Below, one piece after another: positions 1 to 9,849 of a stretch of DNA of 30,914 bases. Origin of the DNA: Thermodesulfovibrionales bacterium (GTDB lineage: Bacteria > Nitrospirota > Thermodesulfovibrionia > Thermodesulfovibrionales > SM23-35); contig CAVQRT010000034.1 in NCBI GenBank assembly GCA_963715195.1, forward strand, positions 1 through 30,914, written 5' to 3'. The notes under the pieces are model-generated. The model did no database searches and was not told where the DNA came from. It saw only the letters and a list, made by a program, of their open reading frames with translations. A program made the position numbers and the translations under genes. The first letter of the stretch is position 1, and each line of letters starts with the position of its first letter.

Positions 1-41
1 TTTTTCGTCTCAAAGCCGCACCCAACCCAATATGTAATAAA

Positions 42-176
42 TGCGTGTTTAGATGAAGAAATTGAGCGTCAAGGGGATTTCGAGTCCCGAAAATTACCAA
101 AAGTGTGATGTCCATATAGAAATGTTTAGCTTTAATCGTCTTTGATATTTAAAGAATTCCAAATCAACTTTGCACG
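42..176. repeat. Non-coding direct repeat, copy 1 (copy 2 at 13193-13326); putative shared regulatory element
   Basis: 52-176 aligns without gaps to 13202-13326 (my count 109/125 identical; 61/63 over 52-114). Both copies lie ~95-120 bp upstream of the first gene of an operon. Confidence 0.9.
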
Positions 177-297
177 TCAATAAAGGGCCCCTTGGCAGTA
201 AAGAATGAATAAAAATGAATGCCGGATCACAAGACATTGCATGCGATATAAAAAAAGGATAATATACGTGTTAAAAAAGGAGGAAAGAAGAATACCA

Positions 298-1092
298 ATG
301 ATGAAAACTTCAAAGATGTTACTAATAACTCTCATGGCCCTGGCTATGATGGCTGCCCCCCTTTGGGCACAGGATGAGGCAGAACTTGCAAAGAAACTCC
401 AAAACCCGATAGCCTCACTTATCAGTGTGCCATTGCAGTCCAACTGGGACTTTGGTCGCGGCCCGGAGAATGCAATGCGCTATACGTTGAATATTCAGCC
501 TGTTATTCCAATATCGATCAGTAAGGACTGGAATGTCATCATTCGGCAGATCGTGCCGGTCATTTATGCGGAAGCGCCGGTAAAAGGGCTGGATGACAGA
601 ACCGGTCTTGGAGATATCGTGCAGAGTTTCTTCTTCTCGCCGAAGGCCCCGACCAGTGGTGGCTGGATCTGGGGTGCAGGCCCGGTGTTCCTCTATCCCA
701 GCGGTACTGACGGACTCAGCACCCGGAAGTGGGGTGCAGGGCCCACCGCAGTTATGCTGAAGCAGGAGAGCGGCTGGACTTATGGCCTTCTGGCAAACCA
801 TATCTGGTCCTTTTCAGGCCCCGGCCAGCAAGATATCAATGCTACGTTTCTTCAGCCCTTTGTCGGCTTTACCACAAAGACATACACAACTTTCACGTTG
901 AACACGGAATCTACGTATGATTGGGAAGGCAACGAATGGAGGGTGCCTGTAAATCTCATGGCTGCACAACTTTTGAAGATTGGAGGAATGCCAATACAGT
1001 TTCAGGTGGGAGGACGCTGGTTCGCGGAAAAGCCTGAGGGCGAAGCAGATTGGGGTTTGCGCTTTGCCGTGACATTCCTGTTCCCGAAGTAA
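298..1092 (+). CDS. Exported outer-membrane beta-barrel-like protein (MetA-pathway/'neuromedin U'-annotated transporter-like family), typical sulfatase neighbour
   Basis: AGGAGG upstream of ATG 298; signal peptide ending ..PLWA/Q; ELAKKLQNPIASLISVP N-terminal motif, GLGDI motif, amphipathic strands, C-terminal VTFLFPK. Confidence 0.7.
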   Translation: MMKTSKMLLITLMALAMMAAPLWAQDEAELAKKLQNPIASLISVPLQSNWDFGRGPENAMRYTLNIQPVIPISISKDWNVIIRQIVPVIYAEAPVKGLDDRTGLGDIVQSFFFSPKAPTSGGWIWGAGPVFLYPSGTDGLSTRKWGAGPTAVMLKQESGWTYGLLANHIWSFSGPGQQDINATFLQPFVGFTTKTYTTFTLNTESTYDWEGNEWRVPVNLMAAQLLKIGGMPIQFQVGGRWFAEKPEGEADWGLRFAVTFLFPK

Positions 1093-1166
1093 GATAAAGA
1101 AAAAATTATGAAAACTTAAGGGCGCAAGAACGATGAAAATAACTCTGAAAGGAATGGAGGTAAAAC

Positions 1167-3588
1167 ATGAAGAGTAAAACTATGTATAGCGTATTCAGCC
1201 TTGCGCTGGGTACGGCATGTGCTGCAACGGCTACAGCGCAAATGGTTCCGGACCGCACCGTGCTGCCCATCCCCGAACCGGACTACCCGCACAGCACAGT
1301 GCTCGACGCCCGCGATGCCACACCGCCGCAACGTTTTGAGGTCAAGGCGCCCGCAGGGGCGCCGAATGTACTCATCGTCCTCGTGGACGACATGGGCTTC
1401 GGCATGCCCAGTGCTTTCGGGGGGCCGGTGCGCATGACGGCAGCCGAAGATCTTGCCGCAAACGGGCTGCGCTACAATCAGTTCCACACCACCGCGGTCA
1501 GTTCGCCAACGCGGACTGCGTTGCTCTCCGGTCGCAACCACCACATGAACAACATGGGCGGCATCACCGAAACGGCCACTGCCTTCCCGGGCAACACGGG
1601 ACAGCGACCGAACAACGTCGCACCGCTGGCGGAGATGCTGCGCCTGAACGGTTACAGCACCGGCTTCTTCGGCAAGAACCATGAAACGGCGCCGTGGGAG
1701 GTCAGCGTCTCCGGGCCGACCGATCGCTGGCCGACCCGTTCGGGATTCGACAAGTTCTACGGTTTCTTCGGCGGCGAGACCGACCAGTGGAATCCCACGA
1801 TCTATGACGGGATGGCTCGAGTCCCCACACCGCACTACGAAGGCTACAATTTCATGACGGACATGACTGACCAGGCCATTTCTTGGATGAAGTTCCAGAA
1901 AGCGCTCACGCCGGACAAGCCGTTCTTCATCTATTTCGCCCCGGGTGCCACCCACGCTCCGCACCACGTGCCCAAGGAATGGATTGCCAAAGTACAAGGG
2001 CAAGTTCGACGAAGGTTGGGACAAGCTGCGCGAACAGACGCTGGCGCGCCAGATCAAGCTGGGCGTGGTGCCGCCGGGCACCAAACTGGCCAACAAGCCC
2101 GAGGCCATCAAGGATTGGGACAAGTTGACCCCCGACGAGAAGAAGCTCTTTGCCCGCCAGATGGAAGTGTATGCCGGCTTTGGCGAATACTGCGATCACG
2201 AGATCGGCCGGTTGTTCGAAGCTATCGGCGAGACCGGTCAGCTCGACAACACGCTGATCTTCTATATCCTCGGCGACAACGGGACAAGCGCCGAGGGCGG
2301 CATGAGCGGCATGTTCAGCGAGATGACGTATTTCAACGGCGTTCAGGAGACGGTTCAGGACATGCTCAAGCATTACGACGACTGGGGCGGGCCTACAACC
2401 TATCCGCACATGGCCGCGGGCTGGGCCGTCGCGGGCGACACGCCCTTTATGTGGACCAAGCAGGTTGCCTCCAACTACGGCGGCACCCGCAATGGGATGA
2501 TCGTCTCGTGGCCCAAGCACATCAAAGCGACGAACCAGATCCGTTCGCAGTGGCACCACGTCATCGACGTTGCTCCCACCGTGCTCGAAGCCGCGCACCT
2601 GCCCGAGCCCAAGAGCGTCAACGGCACGGTCCAGGAACCGATCGAGGGCGTGAGCATGCTCTACACCTTTGACAATGCTCAAGCCAAGAGCACGCACAAG
2701 ACCCAGTATTTCGAGATGTTCGGCAATCGTGCCATCTATCAGGACGGCTGGCTTGCCGGCACCCTTCACCGGGCACCCTGGGAAATGAAGCCGCGGAGGA
2801 AACTGCAGGAGGATATCTGGGAACTCTATGACACACGCAACGACTTCAGCCTGGTCAACGATCTGGCTGCGACCAATCCGAAGAAGCTCAAGGAACTGCA
2901 GGACGTCTTCATGAAGGAGGCGATCAAGAACCGTGCACTGCCCATCGATGACCGCGTCGTTGAACGCGTCAATGCGAAGCTTGCGGGCCGGCCGGACCTC
3001 ATGGGCGATCGCACGTCGCTTACGCTCTCGGAGGGTATGGACTCGATGAGCGAAAACGTGTTCATCAACATCAAGAACCGGTCGCTCTCGATCACGGCGG
3101 ACGTGGAGATCCCGAAAGGGGGCGCGAATGGCGTGATTCTGGCCCAGGGCGGACGGTTCGGCGGCTGGAGCCTGTATCTCAAGGACGGAAAGCCGACATA
3201 CTGCTACAACTTCATCGGGCTGCAGGAATTCAAGGTCGCCGCCACGAAGGCGGTGGCACCGGGCAAGGCCACCATCCGCATGAACTTCGACTATGACGGC
3301 GGCGGTGTCGGCAAGGGCGGTACGGCCACCATTCTGGTCAACGGAGAGAAGGTCGCCAGCGGCCGGATCGAACGCACGCAGGCGATGATCTTCTCGGCCG
3401 ACGAGACGGCGGCGGTTGGCAAGGATGACGCCACGCCGGTCACGGCCGACTACAAGGAACGCGACAATGCCTTCACGGGCAAGATCTTCAAGGTTATCGT
3501 CGATGTGAAGCCCATGGGAGAAGCGATCAAGGCGGAAGCCGCTGCGCCGGCTAAGGAAGCTGCCTATAAGAAAGCGATGTCTGACTGA
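1167..3588 (+). CDS. Arylsulfatase (Ser-type, exported), split by one +1 frameshift near 1988-1991
   Basis: GGAGG RBS; signal peptide; PNVLIVLVDDMG, TTAVSSPTRTALLSGR (SxPxR), GKNH, APGATHAPHH in frame 1. Frame 2 continues with KYKGKFDEGWD, ILGDNG, HHVIDVAPT, WELYD and a C-terminal LamG-like extension. Confidence 0.92.
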
Positions 3589-3604
3589 GCGGAAAGCGTT
3601 GATT

Positions 3605-3637
3605 AGGAAGGAAAGGAAGACATTCCCTTTCCTTCCT
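3605..3637 (+). terminator. 12-bp stem hairpin after the sulfatase (terminator or mRNA stabiliser)
   Basis: AGGAAGGAAAGG (3605-3616) pairs with CCTTTCCTTCCT (3626-3637); no clear U-tract. Confidence 0.5.
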
Positions 3638-3767
3638 GAAAAGGGCAGAAACAGTTTTTACTTTAAGATTCAAAAACTCCTATAATCAAACGGAAGGATA
3701 GTGCGTTATTTATTCTTTTCTTCATAATGTAAAAGGAATTATTTCAACATTCACCCTGCTGTTACTA

Positions 3768-4148
3768 TTGAATGCTTCTATGTGCCTCTCCACTCAGACA
3801 GTGGTTGTTGCTGGCGATACGAAACAATCTACAAAGAAAATCAATGGACAACGTTTCATCGGCCGTTGGGTAAGACCCGACGGAGGGTATATCCTTGAAC
3901 TCAGGGATATAAAGAAAAACGGCAATCTGAAAGCGTTTTACTTTAATCCCCGGCCGATCAAGGTCTTTAAGGCGGAATGGAAGCGCAAGCAAGGGATAAT
4001 TACGGTATTCGTTGAACTGCGTGATGTCAACTACCCTGGCTCAAAATACAATTTGCAGTACGACTCAAAGACAGATAGATTGAAAGGCACATATTTTCAG
4101 GCATTCTATGGCGAAACTTTTGATGTCGAGTTTGTAAGGGAGCAATGA
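3768..4148 (+). CDS. Small exported hypothetical protein; true start uncertain (may begin near GTG 3701)
   Basis: Open frame from ~3702 includes hydrophobic IISTFTLLLLL; GRWVRPDGGY..L, YFNPRPI and LRDVNYPGSKY..Y motifs; lies between the sulfatase and the maturase. Confidence 0.7.
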   Translation: MNASMCLSTQTVVVAGDTKQSTKKINGQRFIGRWVRPDGGYILELRDIKKNGNLKAFYFNPRPIKVFKAEWKRKQGIITVFVELRDVNYPGSKYNLQYDSKTDRLKGTYFQAFYGETFDVEFVREQ

Positions 4149-4163
4149 TAGATTCTCAGAGAA

Positions 4164-5468
4164 ATGACCGTTAATAAGATGACTACTAAAAAGGATAATT
4201 CAATAGCACTCCATGAATGCGCTGGACAAGGCATTCATGTCGTGGCAAAACCCACTGGTCCTCTTTGCAATCTCAATTGCGAGTATTGCTTTTATCTTGA
4301 AAAGCAGGCACTCTTCGGGCCTGACGAAAATTACAGGATGTCCGATGACGTCCTCTCCGCATTTATAACAAACTACATCACCTCGCAATCCACCCCTATC
4401 GTAGAATTCGTCTGGCAGGGCGGGGAACCGACTCTTGTGGGGATAGATTTCTTTAAGAGGGTGATCGAACTTCAGAAGCAGTTTGCCGGGACTAAGACCA
4501 TAACCAATTCACTCCAGACAAATGGGACACTGCTTACCGATGAGTGGTGTACCTTCCTGAAGAAGCACAATTTCATGGTAGGCATAAGCCTTGATGGTCC
4601 GCAAAAAATTCATGACCGTTACCGACATGACCGCAAAGGCAACGGTACCTTCGAAAGGGTTATGCGGGGACTAAGAATCCTGCAAAAACACAAAGTTGAA
4701 TACAATGTGCTGGCCTGCATTGCCCGAGAAACAGCAAAACATCCGCTTGAGGTTTACCGGTTTTTGAAAGATGAAGGAGTAGAATTCATCCAGTTCTCGC
4801 CGATAGTAGAGCGTATGCCCGATTCATCAAGCAGACAGTTAGGTCTGCGTCTTGCCGGTCCGGTTTCTTTAAACAAAGAGAAAGAGCAGACTCAAATCAC
4901 TCCATGGACTGTTGTCCCCGAAGAATACGGCGACTTTCTCATCGCCATATATGAAGATTGGGTGCACCACGATGTAGGTAAAGTCTTTGTAATGAACTTC
5001 GAGTGGGCGCTTAATGCCTGGATAGGTAATCCATCACCGGTCTGCATTCATGCAAAGACGTGCGGCCGTTCGGTCGTAATTGAACATAACGGTATCGTCT
5101 ATGCCTGTGATCACTGCGTGTACCCAGATTACAGGCTTGGGAATATCAAAACTGAAAAGCTATCAGACATGGTAGAACGATCTCTGCAATCGGGGTTCGG
5201 CTTTACCAAGGAAACTGAACTGCCACGATGGTGCAGGGAGTGCGGAGTGCTGGCTGCCTGCCAGGGCGGATGTCCGAAGCATCGTTTTAAAATGACTCAC
5301 TACAACGAACCGGGGCTTCATTATCTATGTGAAGGATATAAGAAGTTCTTTCTCCATATTCGGAAATATCTGCGTGCTATGGCCCAATTACTTGAAAATG
5401 GTCTTCCCGCATCATATATCATGGATGCTGTCAAGGGCCCACTGGTAATAAAGCTTGACGAGCAGTAA
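4164..5468 (+). CDS. Anaerobic sulfatase-maturating enzyme (radical SAM/SPASM, anSME/AtsB family)
   Basis: AKPTGPLCNLNCEYCFY (CxxxCxxC), WQGGEPTL, LQTNG, ISLDGP; SPASM Cys cluster (YACDH, CRECGVLAACQGGCPKHR, YLCEGY). Confidence 0.95.
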   Translation: MTVNKMTTKKDNSIALHECAGQGIHVVAKPTGPLCNLNCEYCFYLEKQALFGPDENYRMSDDVLSAFITNYITSQSTPIVEFVWQGGEPTLVGIDFFKRVIELQKQFAGTKTITNSLQTNGTLLTDEWCTFLKKHNFMVGISLDGPQKIHDRYRHDRKGNGTFERVMRGLRILQKHKVEYNVLACIARETAKHPLEVYRFLKDEGVEFIQFSPIVERMPDSSSRQLGLRLAGPVSLNKEKEQTQITPWTVVPEEYGDFLIAIYEDWVHHDVGKVFVMNFEWALNAWIGNPSPVCIHAKTCGRSVVIEHNGIVYACDHCVYPDYRLGNIKTEKLSDMVERSLQSGFGFTKETELPRWCRECGVLAACQGGCPKHRFKMTHYNEPGLHYLCEGYKKFFLHIRKYLRAMAQLLENGLPASYIMDAVKGPLVIKLDEQ

Positions 5469-5903
5469 AAGGGACAAGAGGCCAAAACCCCGGACTTAAC
5501 AATAACGGTTGCTCCGATTTTATTTAAGAAAACATTTTTATCGGGTTGAAATACGCACTGAATAAAGAATTGCTAAAGCGCATGTTTGATTAAGGATTGA
5601 ATATCATTTCAGGCTTCTTGTAATTCTCTCTTTGTGGCTGACATCCGCACTAAACACTCAGTTTGAAGGACGTTTAGTTGATGAAGTTAGCTGAGAAGAA
5701 TTTTGTATTATTAAAAAAATTGATTTGCAAATGACAGTGAGAAAAATTCTATGCGTCTTTCGGGACGAAAGAAACACGGTATTCCAGGGAGGTCAGATAA
5801 GCAACATTCCTTTCTGAACTCAACGCCTCTCTGGAGCATAAGAGATAGCAAAAGTCCACATAGACAAAGTGCTTTAAGAAATTATTCTACTAATTGATTA
5901 CGA

Positions 5904-5932
5904 TTGCAACGAAACATATATTTTGGTATAAA
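5904..5932 (+). promoter_or_regulatory. Putative sigma70 promoter for the MscS gene
   Basis: TTGCAA-17 bp-TATAAA with TG extended -10. Confidence 0.5.
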
Positions 5933-6074
5933 TTGGAAGAGGTTTGAATCAGTGATAAAGAATCATGGCAGAACCGAGAGTTTTTTTGGTGCAATTTTTT
6001 AAGGTAAACTCTTCTTTAGAGAAGGGGAATAAGAATATCTTGTTAAGAAATATATTTCTTTCTCGAGGTTGCTC

Positions 6075-8510
6075 ATGAGACTTTTTGCAGAGAAAATCTT
6101 TTTGGTTGTACTGCTAATGGCTGTACTTCTGATGTCAAGCTACGCACTGGCACATGAGCAAGTCCGGAGTGATCAGATCTCCAGTGAAAAACAAGAATTG
6201 GCCGATGCTCTGCCGGGGTTGGCCGATATTATCCCTTTGTCGACGAAATTGTACGGACGTTTGGCGGTCCTTGAAAATACCATTACGGGTGTACTGAATG
6301 TCCCGGAAGTTCAGAAGAAGTATGACGAGATCGAGGCGAATTTAAAGGTTCCTATCGATCAATTGCAGCAACTCAAGGATTCGAAGGTTTTCAGATACAG
6401 AAAACTAGTTGAACTCAAGGAGGAAATCGAGCAAGAGAATGAAGTGCTCGAAAAACTCAGCGCACCCCTGAACGAATCAATCAGTCAGCTTGGAATGTGG
6501 AGAAAGGAATGGCTGGCGGAGAAAAAACTCTGGGGTGAATGGCAGTCTGCACTGCTCAAAGAGCGAGATCTCGGTTATCTCAAACCGATCTTCGCAAAGA
6601 CGCATGAGAATATCGACACGGCACTGGATCTTATCCTCCCGAAGCTGCAGGAGATGCTGACGGTCCAGGAGAAGGCCGGCACTATCCAGAAAAAGATAAA
6701 ATCTCTAACCGCCGAATTGGACGGTATGATATTAAGCAGGAAGCGTAGCTTCCTGCTTAACGTGTCACCCCCGATGTTCTCCCCCCAATATTTTTCTCAA
6801 TTCGGAAGCACCTTGTGGTACGAAGCACAAAGAGGCATCGAGGAAATCCAATGGCCGGGCAAGCGGTTCCTTGATCGGCATGGATGGATCAGTTTCTTTC
6901 AGGTGTTTCTCTCTCTCGTGGTGATCATCGCCCTTTACCGCAACAGGCAGGTGTTACACGAATCGGATCGCTGGCGTTTTCTTGCAGCACGGCCTATTGC
7001 TGCTGGGTTCTTTATAGCAATTATGACGACGCTCTTGTTTTACAGAGATGAGAGGATGCCAGCTACATGGGAATTTGCAACTGTTCTTGTTGGTGGTGTC
7101 TCCTTTGTCCTCCTTTTCGGATGCCTTATTGCAGCGTCATGGAAACGGCATTTTGTGTATGGATTAATAACTATTTTTATCGTCAACAAACTCATATATG
7201 TAATCAACCTGCCATTTCCACTTATTCGCCTCTATCTCGTTTTCGCATCGCTTGCCAGCCTTTTCTTCTGTTGGCGATGGGCTCGGGAAAGCGGCCGTCA
7301 TGAGAAATCGGGCTTTTATGCGGTATGGCTTCGTCTGGGTTCGCTCTTGTTTGCTTCCATCTTGATTACAGAGATATGGGGGAAAACTAACCTACCCACG
7401 TATCTGTTTGTGTCTCTGATCCAATCGGCGACAATGGTGTTTGTCTTCGTGTTTTTCATGCACATGATTCACGGGGGCGTGGAATGGATCTTCCGCATCT
7501 CTCCTCTCCGTCGAGCCGCAGTTTTGAATGCAGACGATACCGATGCCATAATCCGAGCAGTGGTTCGATTCATATATTTCGTCATCTTAATGATGATCTT
7601 AATTCCCGGGGTTCTTATGATCTGGGGAGCTTACGGGAATCTCGACATGGCGGTGAAAGGTGTGCTGGCACGTGGGTTCACTATTGGTTCACTACGGATT
7701 AGTATAGGCGTGCTTATTACTTCAGCGGGCATCCTGTACGGCTCATTTCTCATATCATGGATTTTCCAAAAGGTGATCGTGGATAAAGTACTTGTGAGAC
7801 GTCAGATACAAAAGGGGGCAAGGTTAGCCATAGGACGATTGATGCACTATGGATTCATATTAGCAGGCTTCTTGCTGGCACTCTCGACACTCGGGATCGA
7901 GATCACAAAACTCACCATCATGCTGAGTGCCCTCGGCGTTGGAATCGGTTTTGGCCTGCAGGGGGTAGTGAACAATTTTGTAAGCGGGCTCATCCTGCTC
8001 TTTGAAAGACCGGTCAGGGTGGGTGACTCTATCGAATTAAGCGGAAAATGGTCCGAGATCAAAAAGATCGGCCTTCGATCCACAATAGTCAGGACTGTAG
8101 ATGATGCAGATGTCATCATCCCCAACGCGGATCTGATCAGCAACCAAGTCACCAACTGGACACTCAGTAGCCGCCGGGTGCGGCTTATTATCCCGGTGGG
8201 AGTAGCCTATGGCTCCGACGTGTCCCTGGTAGTAGAAACACTGACGGCGTGTGCCAAGGCAAACCCAATGACTGCTGAAAAGCCTGAACCTCAGGTGCTA
8301 TTTCTGAGTTTCGGAGAAAGTTCGCTCGACTTTGAGCTTCGTGTTTGGGTAATGGATGTTGATAACCGGCTACACGTAATAAGTGATCTTCACCAGGAGA
8401 TTGACCGGCGTTTCCGGGAAGCAAATATCGAGATTGCTTTTCCCCAGCGTGATCTGCACCTGCGCAGTGTGGATGAATCTATCGTGTTTCGGCCTCCTGA
8501 GACTACCTGA
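6075..8510 (+). CDS. Large MscS-family (MscK-like) mechanosensitive channel
   Basis: Signal peptide, coiled-coil periplasmic region, multiple TM helices, then ALGVGIGFGLQGVVNNFVSGLILLFERPVRVGD, IGLRST, IIPNADLI, IEIAFPQRDLHLRS. Confidence 0.93.
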   Translation: MRLFAEKIFLVVLLMAVLLMSSYALAHEQVRSDQISSEKQELADALPGLADIIPLSTKLYGRLAVLENTITGVLNVPEVQKKYDEIEANLKVPIDQLQQLKDSKVFRYRKLVELKEEIEQENEVLEKLSAPLNESISQLGMWRKEWLAEKKLWGEWQSALLKERDLGYLKPIFAKTHENIDTALDLILPKLQEMLTVQEKAGTIQKKIKSLTAELDGMILSRKRSFLLNVSPPMFSPQYFSQFGSTLWYEAQRGIEEIQWPGKRFLDRHGWISFFQVFLSLVVIIALYRNRQVLHESDRWRFLAARPIAAGFFIAIMTTLLFYRDERMPATWEFATVLVGGVSFVLLFGCLIAASWKRHFVYGLITIFIVNKLIYVINLPFPLIRLYLVFASLASLFFCWRWARESGRHEKSGFYAVWLRLGSLLFASILITEIWGKTNLPTYLFVSLIQSATMVFVFVFFMHMIHGGVEWIFRISPLRRAAVLNADDTDAIIRAVVRFIYFVILMMILIPGVLMIWGAYGNLDMAVKGVLARGFTIGSLRISIGVLITSAGILYGSFLISWIFQKVIVDKVLVRRQIQKGARLAIGRLMHYGFILAGFLLALSTLGIEITKLTIMLSALGVGIGFGLQGVVNNFVSGLILLFERPVRVGDSIELSGKWSEIKKIGLRSTIVRTVDDADVIIPNADLISNQVTNWTLSSRRVRLIIPVGVAYGSDVSLVVETLTACAKANPMTAEKPEPQVLFLSFGESSLDFELRVWVMDVDNRLHVISDLHQEIDRRFREANIEIAFPQRDLHLRSVDESIVFRPPETT

Positions 8511-8851
8511 TACCGGTTCTGTTACTAATAGAGACTGAGAAATGGAAAGATGAAGGTTCGTATTTACTGATCACATTAATACTACGTCATAATCTTTACT
8601 GTGTAGATTAGGATATAGGATCAGGAGATCTCCATTTCGAATAGAAAGGTGTACCTCAGAAATAGTTGAACGATGCGTATCTCCTGTTCAAACAATCAGG
8701 TCTGATTGCTTATTAAGGTAGTCAAGACTACCTTTGGAAACACTCAAGCAAACCTCCTTCCTCTTCAATACCTATGAAATCTGCTAAAATGATGTGGCAT
8801 ACAATTGAGAATAAAGGGTTGAGACATCTTGACGACTAAACATCTAATAGG

Positions 8852-9049
8852 ATGAAAATCAAACTGTTCAAGTCAAAAGTATGGTCTCCTATTGATGTTG
8901 CGTGTCTCAAGTGGTGTTGTATTCTCGTAGGTATGATCGCAGGGGCATATTTTTCAGATTTCACAAAGCGCTATGTCTGGATATTTATCATCATAGCTGT
9001 CCTTTTGGCGATCAAACCAATGATATCATACTTTCGGGATAGCGAATAA
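8852..9049 (+). CDS. Small two-TM membrane protein
   Basis: 65 aa with two hydrophobic segments; stop overlaps the next ATG (TAATG). Confidence 0.65.
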   Translation: MKIKLFKSKVWSPIDVACLKWCCILVGMIAGAYFSDFTKRYVWIFIIIAVLLAIKPMISYFRDSE

Positions 9050-9432
9050 TGAACAAGTACCTCTTTGGAAGATACCTTTTAGAAAAAGGTATCATAACCA
9101 TGACAGATGTGATTGATGCAAGATTACTTCAAAGAAAAAATAATCGAATGATTGGAGAACTTGCACTGACAAAAGGCTTGCTCTCGCATGAAGACATTTT
9201 AAGGATATTAGTAATACAGGAAGAGACCAAGGAAAAGTTTGGTGAGATTGCAATTAAGGAGAAATACTTATCAAAAGAACAAGTAGATGATCTTCTGAAA
9301 GAACAAAATGATTCCTATATTTTCTTTGGTGAGGCATTGGTTCAAATAGAAGCCATCTCACGGGAAGAATTAGCTAAACAGCTCAAAGAATTTGATCTGA
9401 TAAAAGAGCAACAAAGCACAAACTCAAGATGA
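9049..9432 (+). CDS. Stand-alone protein of four MshEN-like repeats (possible c-di-GMP binder)
   Basis: Four 24-aa units with 5-aa linkers: LFGRYLLEKGIIT..Q, MIGELALTKGLLS..Q, KFGEIAIKEKYLS..Q, FFGEALVQIEAIS... Confidence 0.7.
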   Translation: MNKYLFGRYLLEKGIITMTDVIDARLLQRKNNRMIGELALTKGLLSHEDILRILVIQEETKEKFGEIAIKEKYLSKEQVDDLLKEQNDSYIFFGEALVQIEAISREELAKQLKEFDLIKEQQSTNSR

Positions 9433-9459
9433 GACATTTTTTCGTGTAAACCAAAGCTA

Positions 9460-9782
9460 CAGTCCTCCCTCCCGCAACACAATAGTCATCCATGCCTTCT
9501 TTTAGATGTATACCTTCCTGATGTCGATGGCCTTCGCCTTCAACAGAAACTCATCAAAAAAGGATATAACGTTCCTGAATTAATACGTTGACTCCCCGGG
9601 AAAAGGAAGTCTTACGTTGGGTCATTACCGGCAAGCTCAATAAACAGATTGCATATACATTGGGAACAACCGAGAAAACCATTAGGGTCCACCGCGGTTG
9701 CGTCATGGAAAAGACCAAGTGTTCATCCGTAGCAGAGCTTGTCCGTTTGGCTGAGAAAGTCAATATCCCCCCGGCAGATTGA
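9460..9782 (+). pseudogene. Remnant of a FixJ/NodW-type response regulator
   Basis: Receiver fragment PCLLLDVYLPDVDGLRLQQKL.. (from ~9490) is joined out of frame to a LuxR HTH LTPREKEVLRWVITGKLNKQIAYTLGTTEKTIRVHRGCVMEK..AELVRLAEK. N-terminus and middle are missing. Confidence 0.85.
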
Positions 9783-9849
9783 TCATCACCTTCCCGCATT
9801 TTGTACAAACATGTTGAATGCATAAATTGCGCAGCTTAGGTTGACGGCG

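Noticed and set aside
60..100. Duplicated element as a known riboswitch (GAAA hairpin plus GACGC on the minus strand)
   Set aside because: It does not match any riboswitch consensus I can recognise; kept only as an unknown element.
1992..2672. C-terminal half of ORF 1167..2672, and a separate gene starting at 1945
   Set aside because: Out-of-frame read-through after the frameshift; both pieces belong to one sulfatase.
1116..2769. Long antisense ORFs (1116..2123, 1927..2769; likewise 15719..16792 and 25990..26697)
   Set aside because: Shadow ORFs opposite GC-rich genuine genes, with no motifs or RBS.
5470..5900. Possible gene relic between anSME and MscS
   Set aside because: Only short fragments with no convincing similarity.
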